DNA of 48,362 bases from an uncultured Rikenellaceae bacterium (GTDB lineage Bacteria > Bacteroidota > Bacteroidia > Bacteroidales > VadinHA17). This document shows positions 36,355-45,471 of the stretch, piece after piece. The position numbers were made by a program, and so were the translations under genes. Location of the stretch: assembly GCA_964426435.1 (NCBI GenBank), contig CAYRQY010000002.1:1-48362 (forward strand), in the 5' to 3' direction. Under the pieces are notes generated by a model. It was given only the letters and a program-made list of their open reading frames with translations. It was not told where the DNA came from and did not search any database. Each line of letters starts with the position of its first letter. Positions within the stretch are counted from its first letter, which is position 1.

Positions 36355-39171
36355 TTAATGCTGGGGAAAATAGCTGTTCAGCAGATTTCTCAGATCGTCA
36401 ATCCTGACAGGCTTGGGGATGAATTCCCGAATGCCCGAGAGTTCCGCTTTTTTACGGGATTCCGGCAGGCTGTCTGCAGTAAACGCTGCAATCAGGGTTT
36501 TGCTGTCGTATTCCAGTATTTTACGGGCCGATTCATACCCGTCCATCTCAGGCATGATCAGATCCATGAAAATGATATCGTAATGGCGGGTTTTTGCCTG
36601 AAGGTACCCTTTGTACCCGTCATCGGCAACATCAGAAGCAATTCCAAGTTTTGAAAGGAGGGTTGAAATGACTTTCTGATTCATCTTGTTATCCTCAACT
36701 ATAAGTGCCTTTATGTCCTTTCTGAATTCATTCTCCTCAGGTCCCGTGACTTCGCTCACGATGTTCGGGAAGCCGGCCCTGATCCTTGAACCGAGATCGT
36801 TAATCTCAACCGGTTTTACCATATAATGATCCACCCCTGTCGTTACCGATTTCAGGTAATTTCCCTTTCTGTCGTTGGAGCTGATAACGAAAATTATGAA
36901 TTTGCCGGAGAGATTATTCTCATGGAGAGCTTCGGCTGCGTCAAAACCATTGAATTCCTTTTCATCAATTATGGCAATGACATGATATCTCTTATCGGGA
37001 TAGTTCAGATTGGCCTTTATCTGGCCTATGGTCGATTTCTGAAAGGTAGTGACAGTGAGTGAGAGTCCCAGCCTGTGGCATATTGCCAGTATTTCTTCAT
37101 CCCTGTTAAGCTCGCCTGTAATGATAAGGGTATTGATCATACCGAGGGAAGTTATTTTGTCGGCAGGGATATCTTTTATGATCGTTTCATTCCTCCAGGC
37201 TTTGATTGTGAAAATGACCCTTATGCCCTGGTCTCCTGCTATTCCCGAGGGACTTTCGGCTTTCAGCCGGCCTCCCATAAGTTCAATAAGCTGTCGTGCC
37301 AGGACTGTTCCAAATCCCGATTCATCGTGTTCCTTATGAGTTTTGGATTCAATGTTGACATAATCCCCGAAAATCTTCTTAAGGCTTGCCTTGTCGTAGC
37401 TCTGGCCGGTATCAAGCAGTTCGAAGCGAAGAACCAGCGTGCCGTTGCTTTCATCCTCCTTCGTGCATGAAAGCCTTATCTCTCCTTCATGGGTATTATA
37501 GATCGAGTTGTTCAGCAGGCTGGTGATAACCTGTCTTATCCTGTAAGGATCGCCGATAATGTTATCAGGCACATCTTCATCAACATGACATTTGATGACC
37601 AGGTTTTTCTCCCCTGTTTCATTTTCGGCAAGTTCAATACAGTATTTCAGCTCATCCCTTAGTTTAACCGGCATCTCATCGAGGATCATCTTCCCCGATT
37701 CAATCTTCGAAAAATCAAGAATATCGTCAATTATGCTAAGCAGTACCCCGGCAGAGCTCTGGAGAAGCCCGGTTATCTCCTTAACCTCTTCCGAAAGATT
37801 AAACCTTCCGAGGAGGTCTGTCATCCCTATGATTCCGTTGAGAGGGGTCCTGATTTCGTAGCTCATTCTGGCAAGGAATTCAGATTTTGCCACGTTGGCT
37901 TTGGCCTCCTGCTTACGGGCGCTTTCGAGCAGTGTCACATCAATAAGAATCTCCAGGTCAGCCTCCTCGCCCCTGAAATTAACCGGTATGCTGTTCCGGA
38001 AAAGTATGATCTCCCCTATCTCCTTTTTCAGTATCACGAACTGGTCGGGCTGGAAGCTCCCGCCGAGATGCCTCGAGAAGTAATCGGCATCACCTATGGA
38101 GTCGGGCTCCGGGTATATCTTCCCGGTCATCTCATCCTCGCTCTTCCAGGAGAACTGTTCGGCAGCAACCTTGTTTGCTTTGAGGATCTCCCGGTTCTTA
38201 TTGTGAATGATTATTCCGACAGGCATTTCATCGATCATCCTGAAAAGCATCTGCTCGGAGGAATCGAGTTTTTCTATTCTTCCTTCCTGTTTTTTCAGAC
38301 GTTTAATGAAGAGCCAGATAATTGCCTGTATTATCAGGATTGTTGCAGCAATTATAGCTATGGAATTCCATATTATATATTTCTGAAACACATTCGCAGG
38401 AGCGGAAAATACAAGACCGAAATCCCTTTGCAGAAGCTGGGTAGAATAATAGGAAGAGACGATAGTCTGGGATTTTCCGTTAATCCTGGCTGTATGAACC
38501 AGATTTCCTGTATAGCCTTCCGACAGCCGGCTGGTCAGCCTGTCGATACCTCCGTACTCTATGTTATGACTGGTATTGGTGTAGAAAATCTCTCCCGACC
38601 CTGAAAGAACCCATTCCCACTGGTAATCCTTCAGATCGAATGCCGCAAAGATCTCTCCGAAATAGTTCTGGTAATCGATGGTGACAACCATATTCCCTAT
38701 TGGAGTGTCATTCTTTATCACTGGCAGATAGTAATCATACTTTCTGTTTTCGTATGAGAGCTTTTCCATGCTGAAAATTTCTCCCTGCAGGTGAAGGACG
38801 AATGTCTGCTCAAGCCAGCTGCTTTCGTCGCGCTTCAGGGTAAATTCATTTCTCCTGTTGTCATAAAACTTGATCCCTGAAACAAGGTCCCCGTACTTTG
38901 AGAAAAACAGTTTCATTCTCTCCCTTACCGAGCGCTGTACCTCCCCGTTCTCAAAAAACAGGGAGAGGTCTTCTGAAAATATTATCTCGTTAAGATCGCT
39001 CGCGAATCCGTTGTTTGTATTATCAACAGAAAGACCGACAAGCTGAGTCTGCCGGTCAAGCAGCTCGGAGAGGTATGTTATCTGCTTGTTGTAGAGGCTT
39101 CTGAAGTACAGAATGTAAATGAGTGTCAGTATTGCCAGCGACGAATAGGCGATAATCAGGATTCGTTTCAT
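36355..39171 (-). CDS. Hybrid sensor kinase/response regulator with Tyr at the phospho-acceptor position
   Basis: 938 aa. Domain order: TM, roughly 250-aa extracytoplasmic domain, TM, PAS-like region, HisKA (FLARMSYEIRTPLNGIIG), HATPase (N-box LLNNSI, G1 DTGQS, G2 SGFGTV), a degenerate receiver, then a canonical receiver (LIVEDN...FMDLIMPEMDG...KPV). Confidence 0.85.
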   Translation of the reverse strand: MKRILIIAYSSLAILTLIYILYFRSLYNKQITYLSELLDRQTQLVGLSVDNTNNGFASDLNEIIFSEDLSLFFENGEVQRSVRERMKLFFSKYGDLVSGIKFYDNRRNEFTLKRDESSWLEQTFVLHLQGEIFSMEKLSYENRKYDYYLPVIKNDTPIGNMVVTIDYQNYFGEIFAAFDLKDYQWEWVLSGSGEIFYTNTSHNIEYGGIDRLTSRLSEGYTGNLVHTARINGKSQTIVSSYYSTQLLQRDFGLVFSAPANVFQKYIIWNSIAIIAATILIIQAIIWLFIKRLKKQEGRIEKLDSSEQMLFRMIDEMPVGIIIHNKNREILKANKVAAEQFSWKSEDEMTGKIYPEPDSIGDADYFSRHLGGSFQPDQFVILKKEIGEIILFRNSIPVNFRGEEADLEILIDVTLLESARKQEAKANVAKSEFLARMSYEIRTPLNGIIGMTDLLGRFNLSEEVKEITGLLQSSAGVLLSIIDDILDFSKIESGKMILDEMPVKLRDELKYCIELAENETGEKNLVIKCHVDEDVPDNIIGDPYRIRQVITSLLNNSIYNTHEGEIRLSCTKEDESNGTLVLRFELLDTGQSYDKASLKKIFGDYVNIESKTHKEHDESGFGTVLARQLIELMGGRLKAESPSGIAGDQGIRVIFTIKAWRNETIIKDIPADKITSLGMINTLIITGELNRDEEILAICHRLGLSLTVTTFQKSTIGQIKANLNYPDKRYHVIAIIDEKEFNGFDAAEALHENNLSGKFIIFVISSNDRKGNYLKSVTTGVDHYMVKPVEINDLGSRIRAGFPNIVSEVTGPEENEFRKDIKALIVEDNKMNQKVISTLLSKLGIASDVADDGYKGYLQAKTRHYDIIFMDLIMPEMDGYESARKILEYDSKTLIAAFTADSLPESRKKAELSGIREFIPKPVRIDDLRNLLNSYFPQH

Positions 39172-39222
39172 TTCGGAGCAATAATATAGGCAAAGTAAAT
39201 GAAAGTATTGGTATTCTCAATA

Positions 39223-40149
39223 TTATCGGTATTTGGAATCATCATCTTCCATAATGCTTAGGTAGCTCCTGTAGCGGAGTGAATCTATCCGGCCCTCCTC
39301 AACCGCTTTCCTGACTGCGCAGCCTGGCTCGTTTACATGAAGGCAGTTATAGTACCGGCACTCCCTGGCGGCGCTGAACAACTCCGGAAAGAAGTGATAG
39401 ATTTCATTTTTATCCATATCGGCCAGTCCAAATCCCCTTATTCCGGGAGTGTCGATTGCAAAACCCCCGAAAGGCAGTTTGTGCATTTCAGGAAATGTTG
39501 TAATGTGCTTGCCCTGTTTATGGTAATCGGATATTTCCTCTGTTCTGAGGCATAGAGAGGGATTAAGAACATTCAGAAGCGAGCTTTTCCCAACTCCTGA
39601 ATTCCCTGAGACAAGAGTGACCTTCCCGGTCATAAGCTCCCTTATCCTGCCGATATTTGAACCGTCGGTTACAGAAATCCCTATGCATTCGTATCCGGCA
39701 GAACCGTACAATGAAGCCAGGCGCTCCATTCGCGATATTTCCTCATCGCCGTAAAGATCTGTTTTATTGATGATAACCCTTGCAGGGATCCTGTATGCCT
39801 CGCATGTGAGAAGGAATCTGTCGATGAACTCAACAGGCGTTTCCGGATTTATTATGGTAACAAGTAAAAAGGCCTGATCGATATTTGCGGCGATTATCTG
39901 TGCCTGTTTTGAGAGGTTTGAGGATTTTCTCAGTATATAGTTGCGCCGGCCGAGCACCTCTGTAATAACACCTGACCCGGGGTGACGGTCCCTGATGAAC
40001 ATCACGTTATCACCAACAGCCACAGGATTTGTTGTCCTGACAGACTGCACCCTGAATTTACCCTTCAGGGTGCACTCAAACAAAAGGTCGTCGGGGGTCA
40101 GTACCCTGTAGCGGCTTCCGGTTGATTTAATTACGATGCCCGGTTCCAA
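39223..40149 (-). CDS. rsgA: Ribosome small subunit-dependent GTPase A
   Basis: 308 aa. Circularly permuted GTPase with NKTDL then GNSGVGKSSL, and a C-terminal zinc knuckle CRYYNCLHVNEPGCAV. The start appears to be TTG. Confidence 0.9.
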   Translation of the reverse strand: MEPGIVIKSTGSRYRVLTPDDLLFECTLKGKFRVQSVRTTNPVAVGDNVMFIRDRHPGSGVITEVLGRRNYILRKSSNLSKQAQIIAANIDQAFLLVTIINPETPVEFIDRFLLTCEAYRIPARVIINKTDLYGDEEISRMERLASLYGSAGYECIGISVTDGSNIGRIRELMTGKVTLVSGNSGVGKSSLLNVLNPSLCLRTEEISDYHKQGKHITTFPEMHKLPFGGFAIDTPGIRGFGLADMDKNEIYHFFPELFSAARECRYYNCLHVNEPGCAVRKAVEEGRIDSLRYRSYLSIMEDDDSKYR

Positions 40150-40168
40150 TTGATGTGCAATGGTGATC

Positions 40169-41377
40169 CTACCAGTTGTCCGATGCCATCAGGAGGAAAG
40201 GCTTCATTTCGAAGCTGTGGTAATATGGCCTCAGTCTTTCAGTGTTATAATACTCCGATACCTTCACAACTTTTTTGGATGATGTAACGACATCGATGGG
40301 CACATTATCGTAGCGGCCGTTCTTAAGGACCACAATCCTTCCATGCACGCCTTTAAGTATCAGGTCGAGTGCAAGGTTTCCGTAGGCCATTGGCACGATC
40401 GAATCGAGCGCATCGGGGTCTCCTCCCCTTACCATATAACCCAGCTTCTGGTTAATAACGTTTATTGTCTTTCCGTTATTAAATTTTGGTGAAAGCTCTT
40501 TCAGTTTTGCCGATACAAGATCGCCGATGCCTCCGAGCTTGGCATGTCCGTAGGCGTCTTTCTCGCTGTCGGAGAAGACCATTTCTCCACCTTTGAACAT
40601 TGCTCCTTCCGAGACCAGCACAACAGAATATTTACTGGGGTTATGGTTTCTGTCTTCAACCAGCAGTTTGGTCAGCAGCTCTATATCAAATTCATGCTCC
40701 GGAATAACACATCTGTTGGATGCTCCTGCCATAGTGGGGAGCATTGCTGTAAATCCTGCGTATCTTCCGAATACTTCGAGCACCAGGAATCTTTCATGTG
40801 AACCTGCCGAGGTTCTCAGACTGTTTGTCATCTGAATGGTTCGTGTAACACATGTACTGAATCCGATGCAATAGTCGGTTCCCGGCACGTCATTGTCCAT
40901 TGTTTTTGGTATGGCAACAACATTAACGCCTTTCTTGTACAGGTGCACGCCATAACTCAGGGTATCGTCACCCCCTATCGGAATAAGGTAATCAACACCA
41001 AGCCATTCAAGGTTCTTTATAACTTCAGGTGTGAGATCGTTCACCTCCTCGTTGTAAATATCCTTAAGATTCTCCGGAACAGTCTCCCGGCTCATATGGC
41101 TCGGACGGGTGCGTGAGGTATGAAGGAAAGTACCACCTGTGCGGCCTGCCCTGTTTACGATATCGTCGGAAAGAACCTGGAAGCAGTTGCTGTTATCTGC
41201 CTTGTTGTCCCTGATCAGCTCCGTAATTCCTGCCCATCCCCTTCTCAGTCCGATGACCTTGTAGCCCTCGCGGTTTGCACGTATGGTCACCGCCCTGATG
41301 GCAGGATTCAGCCCGGGCACATCGCCGCCTCCGGTCAGTATGGCGATTATGCCTTTTGTTGATTTGATGTTTACCAT
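40169..41377 (-). CDS. pfp: 6-phosphofructokinase, predicted pyrophosphate-dependent
   Basis: ILTGGGDVPGLNPAIR, PIGGDDTLS and IPKTMDND. The start is ambiguous: ATG at 41377 or 41404 (the track ORF begins at a TTG at 41431). Confidence 0.8.
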   Translation of the reverse strand: MVNIKSTKGIIAILTGGGDVPGLNPAIRAVTIRANREGYKVIGLRRGWAGITELIRDNKADNSNCFQVLSDDIVNRAGRTGGTFLHTSRTRPSHMSRETVPENLKDIYNEEVNDLTPEVIKNLEWLGVDYLIPIGGDDTLSYGVHLYKKGVNVVAIPKTMDNDVPGTDYCIGFSTCVTRTIQMTNSLRTSAGSHERFLVLEVFGRYAGFTAMLPTMAGASNRCVIPEHEFDIELLTKLLVEDRNHNPSKYSVVLVSEGAMFKGGEMVFSDSEKDAYGHAKLGGIGDLVSAKLKELSPKFNNGKTINVINQKLGYMVRGGDPDALDSIVPMAYGNLALDLILKGVHGRIVVLKNGRYDNVPIDVVTSSKKVVKVSEYYNTERLRPYYHSFEMKPFLLMASDNW

Positions 41378-41560
41378 TTTCTTCTGCTTTTTATTTGATA
41401 CCATCGTTACTAGTTTTTTTTCAGACCTCAAAAGTAAGATTTTTTCCTAAAATATAAACCCCTGATAATTATTAAGGCTTTCTGCCGTCAGAGGTAATTT
41501 TTTCCATCAGTTTCCTTAAGTTACAACAATTAAGTAATTTTCCCGGATAATTGATTTAAT

Positions 41561-42505
41561 ATGACTATTGCTTCCAGGCTCCATGGTAATTCTCCGGAAA
41601 TCATCATTACCGGCGGCACCGGTTTTATAGGAACCTATCTTACGGATTTACTCATTGCGAAAGGATATGGTGTGTCTCATCTGACCAGGGGGGCAAGCCG
41701 TTCAGGCAAGGTCAGGTCATATAACTGGGATCCCGAAAGGGGCATTATTGAAAGGGGTGCACTCTCCGGCAAGAATATTATCATTCATCTTGCCGGGACC
41801 AATCTCGGATCAGGCCGGTTGACAAATTCCAGGAAGGCATCAATAATCAGCAGCAGGGCAGATTCAGCCAGGCTTCTTCATTCAACAGTTACTGCAAGCG
41901 GACTGAAGCCAGATGTTTTTATATCGGCTTCAGGTACAGGATATTATGGATCCTTCACTTCTGAAAGTATATTAACTGAGGAGTCTCCTCCGGGGGATGA
42001 TTTTCTTGCCGCTACCTGCAGGGAATGGGAAGCGGCTGCAGGCCTTTTTGCCGCCGACGGAGTGCGCACCGCGGTGATCAGGACGGCACCCGTCCTTGCT
42101 GCTGACGGAGGAGGGCTCTCCCCTCTCCTCAGGCCGGCAAGGTATGGTCTCATAATACGGGCCGGAAGCGGAAAACAGTATATGCCCTGGATCCATATTT
42201 CAGACCTCTGCGGTATTTATCTTAAGGCAGCAGGAGATGATAATATCTCGGGTGCATATAATGCAGTTTCCCCGGGATTTACCAGTCATGAAGGTTTTAT
42301 GGGAACTCTTGCTGAGGTAACAGGAAAGCCGGTGTTTCTGCCGGCAGTGCCGGAAATTGCCATGCGGCTTTTGCTCGGGGAGATGTCGGATATTATCCTG
42401 AAAGGCAGCAGGGTGTCGTCTGAAAAAATAACAAGGGCAGGTTACATATTCAAGTATCCTGCCCTTGCTGATGCTTTGCGCGACATTACCTGCCGCAGCC
42501 GGTAA
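41561..42505 (+). CDS. TIGR01777/YfcH-like NAD-dependent epimerase family protein
   Basis: 314 aa with Rossmann ITGGTGFIG and a C-terminal DUF1731-like segment GSRVSSEKITRAGYIFKYP. Confidence 0.8.
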   Translation: MTIASRLHGNSPEIIITGGTGFIGTYLTDLLIAKGYGVSHLTRGASRSGKVRSYNWDPERGIIERGALSGKNIIIHLAGTNLGSGRLTNSRKASIISSRADSARLLHSTVTASGLKPDVFISASGTGYYGSFTSESILTEESPPGDDFLAATCREWEAAAGLFAADGVRTAVIRTAPVLAADGGGLSPLLRPARYGLIIRAGSGKQYMPWIHISDLCGIYLKAAGDDNISGAYNAVSPGFTSHEGFMGTLAEVTGKPVFLPAVPEIAMRLLLGEMSDIILKGSRVSSEKITRAGYIFKYPALADALRDITCRSR

Positions 42506-42512
42506 GGGGCTT

Positions 42513-43847
42513 TTATCTTCCGCCTATCTGCATTTCAGCCACTCTGAATGTAGGAGCGGAGAACGACCTGTTAAGGTCGATATCGTTGCCCAACATATCT
42601 ATTCCATTCAGGATATCGAATGCGCTGCCTCCTATGGTCACACCTCTGACGGGATGAACCACCCTTCCTCCCTCTATCCACAATCCTGCGGCTCCTCCGC
42701 TGAAATTACCGCTCACCGGATCGATACCATAGCCTGTCACCTCCCTTAGAAGGAGTCCTTTTGATGTGGCGGCAATTATTTCTTCAGGGGTATTGTCGCC
42801 CTGTTCGATTGTAATGTTAAAGACCCCTATGCCAGGCAGGCTTGAATATCCGCCTCTCGAGGCATTGCCTGTGCTCTTCACTCCGGCACGTCTGGCCGCG
42901 GTGGTGTTATAGATGAAACTGCGGAGCACACCATCCTGCACCAGGATGTTCCTGCGCGTCGGAACGCCTTCGCCGTCGAAAGGTGCGCTACCCGTGCTTT
43001 TACTTCGTGTACCGTCGTCGATAATTGTAAGCAGGGGTGATGCGAACTGCCTGTTCATATAATCCTTCAGGAAGCTAGCTCCCTGCAGCACCCTCTCGCC
43101 GTTTATTGCAGTAATTATCCCTCCGGTAAGGGCGCGTGCAACATCAGGATCAAAGATCACCGCGGCCCTTTGCGTCCTGATCATTACGGGATCAATCAGC
43201 GCCACGGCTCTGGCAGCTGCTTTTGCTGCAATTTCATGAATCGGAACGAGCTCAGAGAAGAAGACCCTCGAGCATGATTCACTGCCCGTGTTCCTTTGTT
43301 CCCCCTTTTCCGCAACAACGCTCACGCCAAATGAACATCCTGATGTCTTGTAGTTCTTTGATATCCCTTTTGAATTTGCAATAAAGATCTCCACTTCAGA
43401 CTCTCCGTAACGTGCCCCCGAGCTTTTTGACACACCCTTCATTTCAAGGGCATTTTTTTCAAGCTCCAGCGACATTCTGATCTTCATGTCCATTGGTAAC
43501 GCTGCCGTTGCCGGATCGTACAGGTCTTCGATAGCGGTTAAACCCCGGTCGTCGGGCAGAACATTGTTCTCATCGGGAGTAGCCAGTCTGGCAAATGCAA
43601 CTGCCCGTGCAATGGTATCTTCGAGAGCTTTGTCCGAAAAGTCGTTGCAATGGCTGAATCCCATTCTGTTATTGGTAAAGACCCTGAATCCGGCACCTCT
43701 GGATGCCGCCTCCTGGATGGTTTCAATTTCTCCGTTCAGCACTCTTACCGACAGGTTTCTGCCCGACTGAAGGAAAACTTCCGCATCATCCGCACCAAGT
43801 GCAAGACACTTCTTAACCAGTTTTTCTGCTAATGATATATAGTCCAT
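42513..43847 (-). CDS. TldD/PmbA family protein, PmbA (TldE)-like
   Basis: 444 aa with the C-terminal family pattern (NASRGGYSSLPGIGVFN...DPVSGNFSGGAAGLWIEGG). It has no HExxxH and no signal peptide. Confidence 0.85.
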   Translation of the reverse strand: MDYISLAEKLVKKCLALGADDAEVFLQSGRNLSVRVLNGEIETIQEAASRGAGFRVFTNNRMGFSHCNDFSDKALEDTIARAVAFARLATPDENNVLPDDRGLTAIEDLYDPATAALPMDMKIRMSLELEKNALEMKGVSKSSGARYGESEVEIFIANSKGISKNYKTSGCSFGVSVVAEKGEQRNTGSESCSRVFFSELVPIHEIAAKAAARAVALIDPVMIRTQRAAVIFDPDVARALTGGIITAINGERVLQGASFLKDYMNRQFASPLLTIIDDGTRSKSTGSAPFDGEGVPTRRNILVQDGVLRSFIYNTTAARRAGVKSTGNASRGGYSSLPGIGVFNITIEQGDNTPEEIIAATSKGLLLREVTGYGIDPVSGNFSGGAAGLWIEGGRVVHPVRGVTIGGSAFDILNGIDMLGNDIDLNRSFSAPTFRVAEMQIGGR

Positions 43848-43870
43848 GTTCTTTTCTTTTAATTATTTCA

Positions 43871-45403
43871 CTATGCCCTGCTTCCTCCTACATTGATACC
43901 CCTGATCCTTACGGTCGGCTGGCCTGCCGTTACCTCAGCCGACTGGCCTTTTCCGCAGATGCCCGGGCCAAAATCGAGGTCGTCGCCAACGGCATCAATA
44001 TTCTGTATCACATCCATGCACGATCCGATCAGGGTAGCCCCCCTGACCGGCTTTGTCTTCTTCCCGTTCTCGATAAGATATGCCTCGCGGCAGGTGAAAT
44101 TGAAGACTCCCGTAACGGAGTTCACACTTCCCCCGCTAAGACTCTGAACATAGATTCCTTTTTTGGTTGACGCAAGTATGTCTTCAGGTTTATCCTTTCC
44201 GGTTTCTATATAAGTATTTGTCATGCGCGGGATCGGTATATACCTGAACGACTCCCTTCTTCCGTTGCCTGTACGTTCCATCGAAAGCTGGCGCGAACTT
44301 AATATATCAGTCATATACCCGTTCAGAACGCCATTTTCTATCAGCACGTTCTTCTGCGCCGGTGTACCCTCGTCGTCGAAATTGATTGTACCCCTGAAGT
44401 TGGGAATTGTACCGTCGTCTATCATGGTAAAACAATCGGCTGCGACTTTTTGTCCCAGTTTACCTGTGAATGCACCTATTCCCCTCGCAATGTTGTCAGC
44501 TTCGAGAGGATGCCCGACTGCTTCATGAACCAGTACTCCTCCCCAGCCATTCTGCATCACCACATCCATTATGCCTGCCGGTCCGTCCTCGGCCTTCAGC
44601 ATGGCTATGGCCTCCCTGGCTGCATTCCTTGCAATGGTCTCGGGTGTGACATGTTCAAACATCTCAAAGCCTGAATGCTGACTGAGCCTTTCCCTTGCCA
44701 TATGTCTTGCGTTACCTTCCTCGCTCATTGCCTGAACGATGAAGAACAGATGCGGAAGTTCATCCCTAAGGTAGAGGCCCTCGCTGTTTGCAATCACCCT
44801 GCCCCTTACCTGGTCGTAGTAATCGACCATTGTCATCTTAATGCGCGGATCATAATCCCTGGCAGCCTGGTCGGCCCTGTTGATCACTTCTATTCTCTTT
44901 TCATCGGCGACTGCTCCGAGAGGCTGAAGGACGGTAACATAGGAAGGCCTGCTTCCTGCGGTCAGACTTACCGGCCCTGAAGCGGTCCCCCCTGCTGCGA
45001 CATACGAGGCCACCTCAGCGGCCCTGAGAAGCTTCTCCTCAGTAATTTCATCGGTATATGCATAGCCGGTCCTGTTTCCTGAAATCACCCTTACTCCCGC
45101 CCCCTGGCTTATCCCGAAAAGTGCGCTCTTAAGCTTCGACTCTTCCATTACTATCTGCCTCGATATCCTGTTCTCGAGGTAAACATCGGCAAAATCTCCT
45201 CCCTTCTCAAGGGCTTTCGCAATTACCCGCGAAAGGGTTGGCTTATCAATATCGAGTCCGGGAGAAGAGAGGGCCCCTCCCCGGCATGATACCAGATGAG
45301 TGAGAAGTGCAGGCGTTGCCGCAACCAGCAATCCTCCCTTCATGCTCATCTCCAGGAATTTTCTCCTGGGAATATCCCTGACAAAATGTTTTTCGCTGCT
45401 CAT
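43871..45403 (-). CDS. TldD-like metalloprotease with twin-arginine signal
   Basis: 510 aa. The N-terminus IPRRKFLEMSMKGGLLVAATPALL looks like a Tat signal. The zinc motif HEAVGHPLE is present. Confidence 0.85.
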   Translation of the reverse strand: MSSEKHFVRDIPRRKFLEMSMKGGLLVAATPALLTHLVSCRGGALSSPGLDIDKPTLSRVIAKALEKGGDFADVYLENRISRQIVMEESKLKSALFGISQGAGVRVISGNRTGYAYTDEITEEKLLRAAEVASYVAAGGTASGPVSLTAGSRPSYVTVLQPLGAVADEKRIEVINRADQAARDYDPRIKMTMVDYYDQVRGRVIANSEGLYLRDELPHLFFIVQAMSEEGNARHMARERLSQHSGFEMFEHVTPETIARNAAREAIAMLKAEDGPAGIMDVVMQNGWGGVLVHEAVGHPLEADNIARGIGAFTGKLGQKVAADCFTMIDDGTIPNFRGTINFDDEGTPAQKNVLIENGVLNGYMTDILSSRQLSMERTGNGRRESFRYIPIPRMTNTYIETGKDKPEDILASTKKGIYVQSLSGGSVNSVTGVFNFTCREAYLIENGKKTKPVRGATLIGSCMDVIQNIDAVGDDLDFGPGICGKGQSAEVTAGQPTVRIRGINVGGSRA

Positions 45404-45471
45404 ATCAATCGTTTTGGTTTATTATTATTTCATGCCTCTATAATTATATCGCAATTTATTGTTAAAATATT

